DNA of 64,000 bases from the human T2T-CHM13v2.0 reference genome, Homo sapiens (GCF_009914755.1 NC_060947.1), one strand, 5' to 3'. Counted from the first letter of the stretch, positions 1 through 16,061 are shown. The notes: a model not told the origin generated them from the sequence alone. Numbers and translations: made by a program.

Positions 1-250
1 ATCCAGTGAAATTTGTATGTTCTTTATCATACTTTTTTCTAGAAATGACATTCTAATTTTATCTATTCCATTTTTCCTCATTAAGTTTGTGTTTTCCTAA
101 ACATATGTGAGCATATTGGTGATATTTGCAATCGTTATTTAAAAGATCTTGTCTGTTGATCACAGCATCTCTCCCCTTTCTGTGTGTTTCTACTGAGTTA
201 TCCCTTGCTTATGAGTCACATTTATTTCTTCTTAGATCTAGTAATATATT
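1..250 (-). mobile_element. Ancient L1ME-type 5'/ORF1 fragment
   Basis: Degenerate match to the L1ME 5'-end antisense motif (aagatcttgtctgttgatcacagcatct...ttatgagtcacattt...tctagtaat), recognised from memory of the consensus. Confidence 0.45.
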
Positions 251-756
251 AGTACACAGATTTCAAGGTGAATGAAGTTACAGTATTATGACACTAGGCT
301 AAAGTGAAGTATAAGATTTTATCCTGCTTTTGAAAATACGAAGTTAAGCATCTTTTTTTTCCCAAACTTGAAACACGTAATCATTCATTTATTTCATAAA
401 CATTTATTGATCTTGGCACTTTTTTGGTTGCTGATGAAAATATCATTACAGAAAGAGAGACTTTGACAATTATTTATTCAGTAAACTAAAATATTTTCTA
501 AATTTCTTAGCCATTTCTCGCAGAGTCAAAAGCAAATTAGACTGTAGGATTTTCTAGGGTATGAACTAGGACTGAATTATATTTGTATCTATCCTCCAAT
601 CACTTAGCACAGTCAATAACAGGAGCTCAATAAACATTGCATTTAATCAAAAGGCAGGTAAAGAAGAAGTCTGTAAGAAATATAGAAGAAGTCTCTATTT
701 CTTTGACTTCCCTAGAAAACTAAGAAGCCTGCCTTTTTCTTTAAAAAAAAAAGCTA

Positions 757-879
757 TTATTTATCTATTTTTTAAATTTTATTTCTCTTTAAGTTCCAGT
801 ATACGTGTGCAGAATGTGCAGGTTTGTTACATAGGTATACATATGCCATGGTGGTTTGCTGCACTTATCAACCCGTCAT
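757..879 (-). mobile_element. L1PA (about PA7-8) 3'-terminal fragment
   Basis: tttaagttccagtatacgtgtgcagaatgtgcaggtttgttacataggtatacatatgccatggtggtttgctgcac is the antisense L1PA 3' end, preceded by a T-rich tail. Confidence 0.9.
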
Positions 880-1720
880 AAGTGACAAATTATGGTTGAC
901 ATTTCCAAGTGATAATTTTACTTAAGTGGCAAAAATGTACCACATAAAAAGATTACATAAGAATGTCTAAGACTTTTCTGAATATGTTTAATCTTACATT
1001 TTTCTATTCAGTATGCTGCATTCTGTAAAGTCACTTTCATTTTCACAAAGGTTCAATTATGCACATTTTCTTGGTTAATCTGGCTGCAGAACTGGATGGT
1101 TACTTTGCTTACTTCTAAATTGCTAATTTATTGTTTGTGAGCTATTACCTATATAATAATTGTAAGAATTAAACCTTAAAAGGGATTACGAATTAATCTC
1201 AGAACACAGACTGGTTCTTCTCAAGTGTAGCTACAGGTATTTATTAAGCCCAAATTCAACCCTCTTCCACAATGTACCTGGATTAGAAAATGTTAAATGG
1301 TAAGTAGGACTGACTTCATTCGGAATGGGTGTTAACATTCAGATGTACTAATAAATTCTTGAGGTAGAAAAATATTTGACTGAAAAACTAAAGGCATGCA
1401 TTTTCTGTGGCTAGATTATTACTCTGATTTTTTTACAGTAAGAACTAATTTGGTATTTAGCCATTATATATGTTGAATGATAGCAAGTGATTAATGAAAA
1501 CTGAATAAGTAACATAGGGAAACACAGAAATCTATAATTTGCCATCATATTCACAGTGTTAGAGAATGTAAAACGAGGCATCCACCTCAATCCCTAATAT
1601 ACATTCAAAATAGCTTATGTTCATTAAGAAATTTGCCTAAAATAATATGTCAGGAATTCAGATTAACAGTCCAGGATTTTTCCATTCATCTGTACTGATT
1701 GTTTTCTTTGTATTTAGCTA

Positions 1721-2081
<361 letters not shown>

Positions 2082-2304
2082 TTATCTTTGGTTAACCTGC
2101 TATGCTGGGGGGAAAAACGGTTTCTCAAACGGGAGTTCACCCTTCATTGGCAGCTTCCCATGGGAATCCAAAGTAGAGTTGAGTGAAGAAAAGAAGCAGA
2201 TAAAATGAAGGATTGAGGAAAGTAGAACCAGAAATATTAATAGAAAGAAGAGGCTAAATGGAAATTATGGTGACAGGCACAAAAGGATTGTTAAAGCTGA
2301 ATAA

Positions 2305-5066
<2,762 letters not shown>

Positions 5067-7644
5067 GGCTCATATATATTCTGACTTATTTTTATCAGTC
5101 CAATATTATTTATCTTTTCATAATGTCGTAATCTCATGGGAAAGAAGACATAGAAATTTAAGGTTTAAAAACTTACCTCTATTAATGAGAAATCCTGTGA
5201 ACTGATGTGTGGATTTTATTTCCTTTATCTTTGTTTATTTTGCTTTAGTTTTTATTTTTGCTTTAAATTAATCAGTCACTGAACATATTTTTAAAAGGAC
5301 TAGTTCAGTGTTTCCCAGCCATTGGTTCACAGACCAAAGAAGCGAGATATGTCTCTAATGTTCACTCCTGGCATCAATAGGACCAAAATAATACAAATCA
5401 AAAAATTCTTGATATAAATTCTATTTCTAAATACTGTCCTAAATTTCCCCTAAAATTTCAAAGAAACCAGTGAACAGGTTCCAACATACAGAAAATATTT
5501 ATAAATCACAAATTATTAAACAATTCCTTCAAATATTTGAATTTTTAAATTTCTTCATTTTAAAAATAAAATACCTAGCCAAGAAAGTTGTAACTCAATG
5601 ATATCACAAGAAGGCATGATTCTTTCTGGAGTATTAAATCCTATTTTATATCACATAAATGTATAGAATAATGTTTACTTGGCTTTATTGAAGGTGTAGT
5701 ACTAAATTTGAAGATAACAAAAATACAATTAAAAATAGTCCTTTATGATAGAAGCCTTTCTAGTATCTATTCTATTCCCTGATAGTTCAAAAAGAAAACC
5801 AAATAGAATTTAATTATTTTATAACTTAGAATAAACATTGAGTCTCATCTATTATACTGTCTTTGTAAGAATTGAATTCAAAACTATTTTTAGTTATTTT
5901 ATTACTTTTGTTGGCATCACATTTTGAGTTTTTACTTCTCTTGTCATTATAAACCTGCCTTTAAAAATTTCCTCTGCACTCTATTTTGTTACTTATGATC
6001 ACTTCAGAGCTAGAAAATCAAATGAACAGATTGTATGTTAAAGTAATATCACTATGTCTGTGGTTGAAAAAATGCATAGTTCCAGGCTAGGGTTTTGTGA
6101 CAGCTACATTAGTAACTCAAATATTACCCCTATTTCTTAAATTGTGTCTATGTTCTCGAGGACTGAGATTTTATTTTACTTCTGTTTGAACATTCATCTG
6201 AAATATGCTGAAAAATGTGCATTGTACACAGTTTTTTTTTAAATCAAAGCAATCTGGCACTTAAAAGTGTTCATTTCAGAAAATTTACATTGTAAAAGCC
6301 AATAGTTAAATTTGGAGGAGGGAGGAAAGAAGTGTAATGGTAATCTGTTCCCATCTGAAGATAGAATTATCCTTCACGGTTGAGTGGATATAATTTGCCA
6401 TCATATAACTCTCATGACAAATAGTGCCTTCAGGCAATGTGGCTGTAATAATTGTTCAATTACATACTTTTAGCTTTCAAATGACCAAAGCCATTATTAT
6501 GCATCCTATTAACAGATATACAGGCATATACTAAGCACATGGATAAAATATGGGTTTTTTGAAGGATTAATTTAGCTTTGAAAATAAGCTATAATTATCT
6601 GTAATTTTAGTAATTGTAATTTAATTTCTTCTAATCTAATAATGATAATTACCCTCTAATCAAACAATTTTACCAAATGTAATTCCTGTCATCCAATCGA
6701 ACTATAAGACTGATTCTTATCTAATTTAATAAAACTAGTAAAAAAAGGTATTTATTTTTTAGAATAAGAGATGAGTATTTTAGCAACAAAATATCTTGGG
6801 TTTGAAACATGTTGACTATATGTAGGACGCTTTTATGTACACAGAAGTTCAAGGTTCTTGAGTAATGGTCTTTTTATAAACTCATTTTATTGATCATATA
6901 TGTTTCATTTCTAAAAGCATTATTCAGATCTACAAATCACTCCGTAGTGAAGAACATTGTTGTACTGAGTGTAACTTTAGTTTTATTATTATCCCTTACA
7001 TGTAGAACACGGAAAGAAGTTTGTTTTATATTTATCATACCCTCATTGGAAGTATTAAGTTGATTATACTATACTTGTTTTTTAAACAAGAAATGTTTCA
7101 AACATAAAACTGTATTTCCATAGGAATAATATCATTGACTATTGAACTTTAAACAAAATTGGAATTGGGGCAAAGAACTAAACAAAAATACAGTCAATAC
7201 CTTCTTGATAAGGCAAAGGCTTTGTTTCTGAGGCTCCCAAGCTCTGTGACTAAGTTTTTTAATTAAAAAAATTTAAAGCAAAGTGGGACATGATTGGTAT
7301 ATAGAAAAACCTTTCTAATAGTTCTGTGACTCCTAGATCTTCAATGGATATTAGATGGAATACCCAGGGAAACAAGCAAAAGGTGAATTTTTGAAAAATA
7401 CCTCCAAGTTTACCACTCAGCAATATTACCCTCTAGATTTGTGTCACTTGCATGTGGAGTGCGTCAACTTATTGCCCAGTAGTATGTTATCCATTATATA
7501 CATTTCAAAGCATTTCATATCAACTATCTCATTTGGGATATTTAATCATTCCTCTTACCTAGGATTTAAAACTCTGATATCGAACTGGGTTTATAAAGCT
7601 GTTTTATTTTTTTCATAAGGATTATTTTTCTGAAATTCAGGTAA

Positions 7645-7807
<163 letters not shown>

Positions 7808-7884
7808 AGCCCTTCAGTTTTAAATGTAACAGATTCATAAGTTCTTTGGAAAGAATTGTGATCGGTGAGTTAAAACACAAAAGA

Positions 7885-8045
7885 AGGTTCATAAATGTTC
7901 TCAACACAAAAAACTGAAAAGTATTTGAGGTGATGAATATGTTAATTAGTTGATTTAATCATTCCATAGTATAAACATATCTGAAAACATAAGATTGTAT
8001 CCCATAAATATAGGCAATTAGTGTTTCTCAAATAAAAAAAGAAAA
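7885..8045 (+). mobile_element. L1MA 3'-end fragment
   Basis: tgttctcaacacaaa...gaggtgatgaatatgttaattag...cccataaatata is the L1MA 3' terminus. Confidence 0.8.
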
Positions 8046-8154
8046 TATTTTATTTAAAAGGCAGAGACAAGCACATTCTCAGGAAAATAATTCCTGGTAT
8101 TTCTTCTGTGATCTAAATTTTAAAGTAAGAATTTAAATTTTGTAAAAAATAGAT

Positions 8155-10490
8155 TTCCCAAGCCAAGCCACCTGCCCACCAGTTCTGCTTCTCCCCAAAG
8201 CATGAACCAGCTCAGTGCCCAGCCCATAGAGGAGCTTCCCCTGAGCAAGGACCAATCTGGCACACTACCTCCAGGGAAGTGACATCTAAGCCAAGTCATT
8301 GGCTGACCAGCTTCACACTTTTCTTGAACATGAATCAGCCTGGCATTCTATCCCAAGGGGAGCAGTACTTGAAGTGAGCTGCAGATCAACCAGCCCTGTG
8401 CCTCCCCAGAGTGCAGATGAGCCCCGTGTCCAGCCACAATGGGAGCAGCACCCAAACATAGCCTCCACCAAATCAGCCTTGATCTTTCCCCAGAGCACAG
8501 ATCAGCCTGATGCCCGGGCCCTAGGGGTGTAGTGCTGCACCCAAATGTCCAGGCTTCCCGAACTTCCTTTCCCTGGGAAAGAGTTCAGCCCAATGCCCCA
8601 TGTCCATGGGAGAAGAGCCCAAGTAGGCAGTCTAGCCACAGAAAAAGCCTCTGCAGCTTAAGCCACTGAGACACTTGCAGATACCCCGTGCACATATATT
8701 GGAAGAATTAATATTCCTAAAATGTTCATACTATCCAAACAATCTACAGATTCAATGCAAGCACTATCAAAATACCAATGACATTATTCACAAAAATAGA
8801 AAACAATTCCAAAAATTTGTATGAAATACAAAGAGCCAGAATATCTGAAGCAACCATGAGCAAAAAGAAAAAAAGATGCAGGCATCATAATATCTGGCTT
8901 CAAAATATACTACAAAGTTATGGAAACCAAAACAGCATGGTACTGTCATAAATGCAGATACATGGACCAATGGGGACAGAATAGAGAGCCAACAAATAAG
9001 TCACGTTATTTATATCCAAACCATTTTCAACAATGGCTCCAAGACACTAGAGTGGGAAAAGGACAGACAGTCTCTTCAGTAAGTGGTGCTGGAAAAACTG
9101 GATATCCATATGCAAATGAATGATACCAGATGCCAATTTCTCACCATGTACAAAAATAAACTCAGAATAGATTAAAAAATTAAATGTAAAACCAGAATCT
9201 GTAGAACTACTAGAAGAAAACTTAGAGGAAATGCTTAAGTATAATTGTCTGGGCAAATATTTTATGATTAAGTCCTCAAAAACACTGGCAACAAAGGCAA
9301 AAATGAACAAATGGGTTCATACTATAAAGCTTTTATATAAAACTATAAAACTTCTGCACAGCAAAGAAAATAATCAATAGAGTGAAGAGACAACCTGAAA
9401 AATGGGAGAGCATATTTTTAAACTAGTCATCTGATAAAAGATTAATATCCAAAATATGCAAGGAATTCAAACAACAAATAACAAATAATAATAAGGAGAA
9501 TTTTAACATGAAAAAAGACTTGAATAGAAATTTCTCAAAGGGAGACATATGAATGACCAACAAGTATATGAAAATTTCTTCACCATCACTCATCATAAGG
9601 AAAATGAAAATCAAAACCCCAATGAGATACCATCTCACCCCAGTTAGAATGGCTATCATAAAAAAACAAAAAAATAGCAAATCCTGGCAAAAATGCCAAG
9701 AACAGGAAACAATTATATACAGTTGGTAAAAATACAAATTAGTATGTTATTAGAAAAACAGTATGGAAGTTTCTCAATAAACTAAAAATAGAACTACCAT
9801 GTCATCTAGCAATTCCACTACTGGATTTAGAATTGAAGGGAAGGACATCAGTATGCTGAAAAGATATTTACATTCCCATGTTTTATATAGTACTATTCAT
9901 AATAGCCAAGAAATGGAATCAACCTAAGTGTCCATCAATAGATGAACGCACAAAGAAAATGTGGTATATATACACAATGGAATACTATTTAGCCATAAAA
10001 AAGAATAAAATCCTTTCATTCACCACGATATGAAAGAGCCTGCAGGGCATTATGTTAGGTAAAATAGGTACAGAAAAATTAATACTTCATGCTGTCATTC
10101 ACATGTGGAAGCTAAAAGAGTTTATATCATGGAAGTAGAGAATAGAATAGTGATTACTAGAGGCTGGGAAGAGTAGAGGGAGAAAGAATAGGGAGAGGTT
10201 GGTTAACAAAGATAAAATTATAAATTACACCTAAATGGGAGTAATAAGTTCCAGTGTTCTATAACACTGTATGGTGACTACAGTAAATAATAATTTATGG
10301 TATATTTTCAAATACCTGAAAAGGAGAACTTTGAATACTTCCATCACAAAGAAATAATAAAGGTTTGAGGTGATATATATGCTAATGACCCTGATTTGAT
10401 CATTACATATTGTATTCATGTACTGAAATATCACACTCTACCCCATAAATATATACAATTATGTGTCGACTATATATATACATAATAAAT
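8155..10490 (+). mobile_element. L1MA4-like element with the GC-rich 5'UTR joined directly to the 3' part of ORF2 and the 3'UTR
   Basis: 8155-8685 is GC-rich with repeated monomer-like units; ORF2 starts near 8685 (attggaagaattaatatt); L1MA4-type 3'UTR runs to about 10470. Confidence 0.85.
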
Positions 10491-10982
10491 AGCCAGAATT
10501 CAAATTGTCTTTTCATAAAGATTTAAATTACTTTTCAAAAAAACATTATAGGATATCTTTACAATTGACTGATATAATCTGATACATTAGATCTTTGCCA
10601 TTTTTTTATTCTTTAAGTAGGCTATTTTACAACTCTAGAGATAGAAGCTTTAACTTGTAGAAACTTGTAGAAAATAGAGATTAATACAAATAATTCCTGA
10701 CCATAGAAATGCAAAATGTGTCAGTGGAATGCAATTGATTATTGCTGTGTGGATACTGAGCAAATTTTCATTTGTAAATTTATTTTAGCATTCCTTTCTG
10801 ACAATAAATGTTTGAAACTTGAGTTCTTTTTTGATCTTACAGCATATCCCACTGGCTCTCTCATTAATTAATTAGTTAAGAAATGTTTGAAGCATGCTAT
10901 TATTAAGAATAACAATTCTCTTTGTCTAATATTTACTAAATCAATATTTCAATAACTAATTTATCTAAATTGCATATAAATA

Positions 10983-11356
10983 TATTATGGGCTGAATTGT
11001 GTTCCTCAAAAATTCAGGCATAGAATTTCTAATCCTCAGTAGCTCAGAATGTGACAGTATTTGGAGAACCTTAACATGGTAATTAGTTAAATAAAGTATG
11101 TAAGACTTAATAAACTTTGATTGGTATCCTTATAAGAGAAGGAAATTTAAACACACAAAGAGACACCAGGTATGCATTCAAACAGACAAAAAGCCATGTG
11201 AGAAAACAGTCAAAAGGGGGCTATCTAAAAGCCAAGGAGAAAGGTTTGGGAAGAAACCAAACCAGACACCTAGATCTCGGAGTTCTAGCCTACAGAACTG
11301 TGAGAAAATAGATTTGTATTGTTTAAGTCACGCAGTCTGTGGCATTTTGTTGTGGC

Positions 11357-11357
<1 letters not shown>
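10983..11357 (+). mobile_element. MLT1B-like MaLR solo LTR
   Basis: tattatgggctgaattgtgttcc...gtatccttataagag...cagaactgtgagaaaatagatt...gtctgtggcattttgttgtggca. Confidence 0.85.
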
Positions 11358-11359
<2 letters not shown>

Positions 11360-11409
<50 letters not shown>

Positions 11410-11428
11410 AGAGGCATATATATATATA
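11360..11428. repeat. (TA)n microsatellite
   Basis: Long uninterrupted TA run at 11361-11405 plus a short second run. Confidence 0.95.
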
Positions 11429-11444
11429 GATAGATTTATAAGAT

Positions 11445-11980
11445 CACTGTGTAAAATATTAAAATCACTCTAAATGCCCATGAGTAGAGGTAAATATAGA
11501 AATATTATGGTATATGAATACAATGACATACTATTGAACATGTTAAAATTAGTGGAATAGGTTTATATTTACCAAGATGAATACATATAAAGAACAAAAT
11601 ATGAAGTGAAAATACACGTTGTACAATGGTTAATACCTGGTTAATACCATTAGTGTATATTTCAAAGATATAAATACAAAAACCCAGTTGTATATACTGT
11701 TCACTAGTATACATAAATATATAGTATATTATAAAATATTAAATCATAAGTATAAAATATTCGTAAGAGTGGCAATGTCTGATAATATTGGGAGGAGAAC
11801 TGGACTGAAGTTAAACAATGAGGTTTATTCAAAGTTACTTATGTTAAATACATATAAAACATAAGATACAAAATGTAAAATGCTTTCATTAATATGAAAA
11901 TAATTTGATTAATCCTGTGACATGATATTATAGGTGTTTCTTGCAGCTTTCAACATAGTTTTTTCTGAATTTTTTAGTGA
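11445..11980 (+). mobile_element. Degenerate L1ME 3' region
   Basis: ctaaatgcccatgagtagag...tatggtatatgaatacaatgacatactatt resembles the L1ME 3'UTR. Confidence 0.55.
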
Positions 11981-12205
11981 ATATAAAGACATAAAATAAA
12001 CACTAAAAAATGATTTTATTATGTAGTTTTAGGAGCACTGCAACTTTCCACAGTGACTGAAAACTAAGATATAATTGGAGAAATCGCCACTAAGTCTTAA
12101 ATTTTCGGTGAGTATGGCCCTGTGCTATAGGCTATTTAAACGTAATTGACATCAATTAAAATATAATTCATAAGAAAAGATAAATGGCAGTGTGACATTA
12201 CTTAC

Positions 12206-12343
12206 AATCGAATGACCATTATTCAGAGCATTTTCCGAAAATGTGTTTTGTTCATTTGCATCTGCCATTTTTTGAGAGTAGAAGTTTATTTCACTAATTT
12301 CTATTCTGGTCGGATTGCTTTCTGAGTGTAAAGACAAGCTTTG
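12206..12343 (-). other. Candidate 138-nt phase-0/0 exon encoding QSLSLHSESNPTRIEISEINFYSQKMADANEQNTFSENALNNGHSI; gene unknown
   Basis: Minus strand has acceptor cctacctatctatgcattttag| with ctaat upstream and donor ATT|gtaagt. Only frame 0 is open. Non-repetitive sequence with retained CpGs. Confidence 0.45.
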
Positions 12344-12660
12344 CTAAAATGCATAGATAGGTAGGAATTGTTGAACAGAAGGATTAGTCCTATTGGGAAT
12401 TTCACAGCTAGATTCTATGAGGTAAGCACATGACTTCTAAATTTCTCATGGATTAAAGTAATGCATGTGATTCACTAAACTTTTCTTGAAGTTTAAAATT
12501 AGAGTTGATCTTGCTTAAAATGCAAGATTTGCAATCTACCTTAAAGTAAGGTGGTATTGTAGTAATTTACCAACCTTTATAAAATCAATATAGTCATTTC
12601 TAGTTCATCCAGCTCTCACAAACTTTGCATTTTTGACATTTTTGCAAAATTATCTCCTAC

Positions 12661-12736
12661 CATCTCTGTAGTAATTCGCATTGATTGCAATGCACTTGAT
12701 CAGAGACAAAGCAATAAACTGCAGGCACCGATGATG
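12661..12736 (-). other. Candidate 76-nt exon carrying an ATG (MRITTEM) in frame with the 138-nt exon
   Basis: Minus strand has acceptor ttatttgctgactttag| and donor ATG|gtagga; an in-frame TGA precedes ATG CGA ATT ACT ACA GAG ATG. Confidence 0.3.
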
Positions 12737-12964
12737 CTAAAGTCAGCAAATAAGCCAGTTATGGTTTAATTTTCTATTTTTGCTTTTTCATACCTTTTTT
12801 AGATTTTAAAACAGCAAAATTTTGTGCTCTGGAATTTAGAAAGCATCTTCACACCAGGCTTGGCTAAACCATCTAAGCTAACTTCATTATCCCAAATGTT
12901 AATAATTGCATTTCAATAATAGCTTTCATTAAAGTACCTCCAGGCGCTTAACACTCATCAATTA

Positions 12965-13090
12965 AGGTACAGCACGCCCCTGTGAAGCAGGTCAGGATTA
13001 TTATATCCTCTGAGACACAATGAGGTTGCTGACTGAAGGTCATGGAGCAAATTAACAACGAAGTAAGTAGTAAAAGAGCCTCAGTTCCAA
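12965..13090 (-). mobile_element. MIR fragment
   Basis: ccctgtgaagcaggtcaggattattatatcctctgagacacaatgagg...aaggtcatggagc resembles the MIR core. Confidence 0.5.
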
Positions 13091-14813
13091 CTAAACTCTT
13101 GCTTTTTCTCTTAGTATTATATTTGATTTTCTAAATGCTGTCTGCATTTTATTTGCCTTCAATTTTAAATGATATAGAAAGTCAGTATTTCAAATATTGT
13201 AAATTTAAAATATATAACTATAGGTAGCTTTACCAATTCTGATCTACACAAGGTTGATCAGTTAATGCCAAAATTTTAAAACACTGCTTGGGTTTTATAC
13301 TTTCTGCTTAAGAAAATGGTTCTAAGACATTCGTATTTTAAACACTAATGCTAACATTTACCCTTAAATATAATTTTCTCATAAATCCACTAAGTAACAT
13401 TATACTTATCTATGGGTTAAATTGTTTCTTATACTTCGTCTTTACCTACAGAAGCCAAGTCAGTAATCATGGTTACACATAATGAATCACCGTCATTCCC
13501 CGGCAGGAGCTAACATGAGTAGCAGATAAATAAATAAATGTTTTTTGATTGACTGTTTGGCAGTACCTACTTGGAAAATGGAACACTAGAACAGGGTACA
13601 GAGAAACTCAGCTGGAAAAGGACTGATAAAGGGATGCTAAAATGATGAAAAGTTTGTAGAGACATTCATACGTACTCAGGCTTAGGACTTGTGAGTTAGG
13701 AAAATGAACACTACGGAAGATATATAATTTATTAAACCAAGAGGTGTGTGTCGAATGTGTTCAGAGTCTTAAAATAGTAGTATACCATACCTTGAATCTT
13801 GAAAGAGGTATCTTAGAATCATTGGATTTATCATTTTAAACAGTAAGTAATAATCATATGATGAAATAATATGATATGGATTATATAATAATTTATTGGA
13901 CTGTAGATGTTTCAGAAAAACAACACTGTTATTAAAGCTACTGTTTATTTAAACACATGTCATTTGGCTTATGTATAAAGCTTCTATCTTGAAAGCTACA
14001 TATTAAATATTCCATTTATCTACCATGATTATTTATATAGACCACCTAACTGATTTGAAAAAAAATCACTTGGTCATTGATTATTTTGAGGCAAAGATGT
14101 CCCATTTTCCCTGAGAACTATGATGATATGTTGCATCAACAAACTCGCAACTTCTGTATCACATTTCTGTTATGCGAAAGAAAGCTATATGTGTTTAGTG
14201 GTTAAATATAGAGTTATGGATGTGAATAAACAAACTTTGAATGTTTATTCAGTTTAAATATCCGCTTAATTCATTTAAAATATCCTGAATGACTTATTTT
14301 CCTCTCTTGGGGGATTCGGTGCGCTATTGATATTTTTTGTCTTAGCCTTTTCATTCATTCTAAATCAGCAAAGAAAGGGGAAAAACTTTAGCACGAAAAA
14401 ATGAAAAGGCAGGAAACCTTAATTCAGAGGATGATATTTATCTTAGATACACCCTACAGAAGACAACTTTAGTAATGAAGTGATTTGGTTCCTAAAAGTC
14501 AATTTTACCCAAGATTGGTTTCATAGTACTCAGTGAAAGGTTAGTCACCTTAGGGGAACCTGGGCAGTCTAGGAAACTGTATAAGGAGAACGTGACAGGC
14601 ACTGGACTCTGTATAGTTCTCCACTAATAAGCATCTGATATCTTACAAACTGCCTGTTCATTATTTCCCAGTTAAACGGCAGGTTGGTAACGATCAATGG
14701 ATGACAATACCTACTATTTATATCTTGTTTAATTTCATGTAGCAAGTTATGACTCACATTTTGTGGGCCAACAAATATAAAGAAACTATGGAAATAACCC
14801 TAAACATTATTTC

Positions 14814-15208
14814 TTTTTTTTTTAATAGCAAATAGTTTATTGGTAAGTACATGGTTTCAATGGGAGTAATAAATTCACATGAACAGGAGACAATAATCAA
14901 CTCAAAAGAATAAATGCTTACTAATCATCAGAAAATCTGTGGCCATTAGCGCTGGCATGTAAAAATTCAAAATCACCCAGAGGCCAAATCTGGAATCTGT
15001 AGCATTCTGTAGATTATCACATTTTAACCAAACATGACCCATTGGCACCATAGGTCTGTTCTATAATTCGCTCAATTTTTAGGGAAATCGCAGGGCTTCC
15101 AGAAAAAAAAAGTAGAGCATGTCTCAAAGCGTATGTGGGTGATCCATAATTTCAGGAATCCTCGGGCCGCAAAGAACCCTGAAGACCCTCAACCAGGACA
15201 CAGGTGAC
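14814..15208 (-). pseudogene. IMMP1L: Processed pseudogene (retrocopy) of IMMP1L, derived from a non-canonical splice form
   Basis: Minus strand 15048-14921 reads VPMGHVWLKCDNLQNATDSR then IWPLGDFEFLHASANGHRFSDD*, matching the IMMP1L C-terminus as I recall it (VPMGHVWLEGDNLQNSTDSR...IWPLSDFGFLRASPNGHRFSDD). Followed by 3'UTR, AATAAA (14841-14836) and poly-A (14823-14814); no introns; 5' part resembles IMMP1L exon 1. Confidence 0.93.
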
Positions 15209-15544
15209 CTTAAAAAATATTACCTTTTGAGCTTTGTTTATTTAAAGAACTGTGATATTGAAATATAATATGTTTTGTTTTTAAACTAGTCTGTGGTGAG
15301 GGCACATGTAAATAATGAAAACCTACAAGCCATTTCAGAAGTTGAGGAGATCCTCAATAGGAAGCTTACAGCAAGTGCAGGTTTTCATTTTATACTGCCT
15401 GCCAGTTATGCTCAAACTAGTGTGGGCTGAGTAAAGGACATGAGTGAGAAGGCATTGACTACTGCTAATTCAGAATGATGTTTAGAACTGTGTTTTTATG
15501 CTAGTTTTGAGGCTGTTATTTTTTAAGTCCAAAGAATGCAAAGA

Positions 15545-15665
15545 AATATATCAAGAAGAGGTACATATTAAAATAGGGGAGTGATAATTAGATTTGTTTA
15601 TTCTTTAATAAGACCCAACTTTAAATTGTGCATTCTTTTTGGGCCATCACATGAAGATAAAATGA
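15545..15665 (+). mobile_element. L3/CR1 fragment
   Basis: ggggagtgataatt...agacccaactttaaattgtgcattctttttgggccatcac resembles CR1 RT; a similar remnant lies at about 13590-13730. Confidence 0.45.
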
Positions 15666-16059
15666 GATAATACAAGTTCCATTAAAATCATATAATTGAC
15701 AAATTCACTCATATTTGTCTTTCTGACTCCATTTGAATTTAAGTGAAAAAAAGTGGTATAAAAAATAATAAAAAGAGATAGAGCATTTCCCCAACAGGAA
15801 CTGCTGAGAATGTATCTACCAATATTGCAATCTTCATTTTATTTCAGAACTCTACAGCACGTATAGTTGAGTTTTTTCAGAAATAGAAACTTAAAATATA
15901 AAAATACAGAGATGTAATACAACTGCTTGGGCAAAGTTCTAATAAGTGAAACAATGATTTCCCAAACCAACAGGACTCTTGTTCTGTTAGCTTTTACAGA
16001 AAATGCTGCTGATACTTCTGCCAGCTAACCATTTGAAATGACATTTGCAACTTGATAGA

Positions 16060-16061
<2 letters not shown>

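Noticed and set aside
1203-1305. Plus-strand exon ending ATG|gtaagt
   Set aside because: Acceptor lacks a pyrimidine tract and the peptide is not recognisable.
5304-5520. Possible hAT-Charlie DNA transposon (cagtgtttcccagcc)
   Set aside because: No matching second terminal repeat or TSD found.
10652-11648. Short tandem duplications (aacttgtaga x2, tggttaatacc x2; others near 37569, 39670 and 50504)
   Set aside because: Common replication-slippage events with no sign of function.
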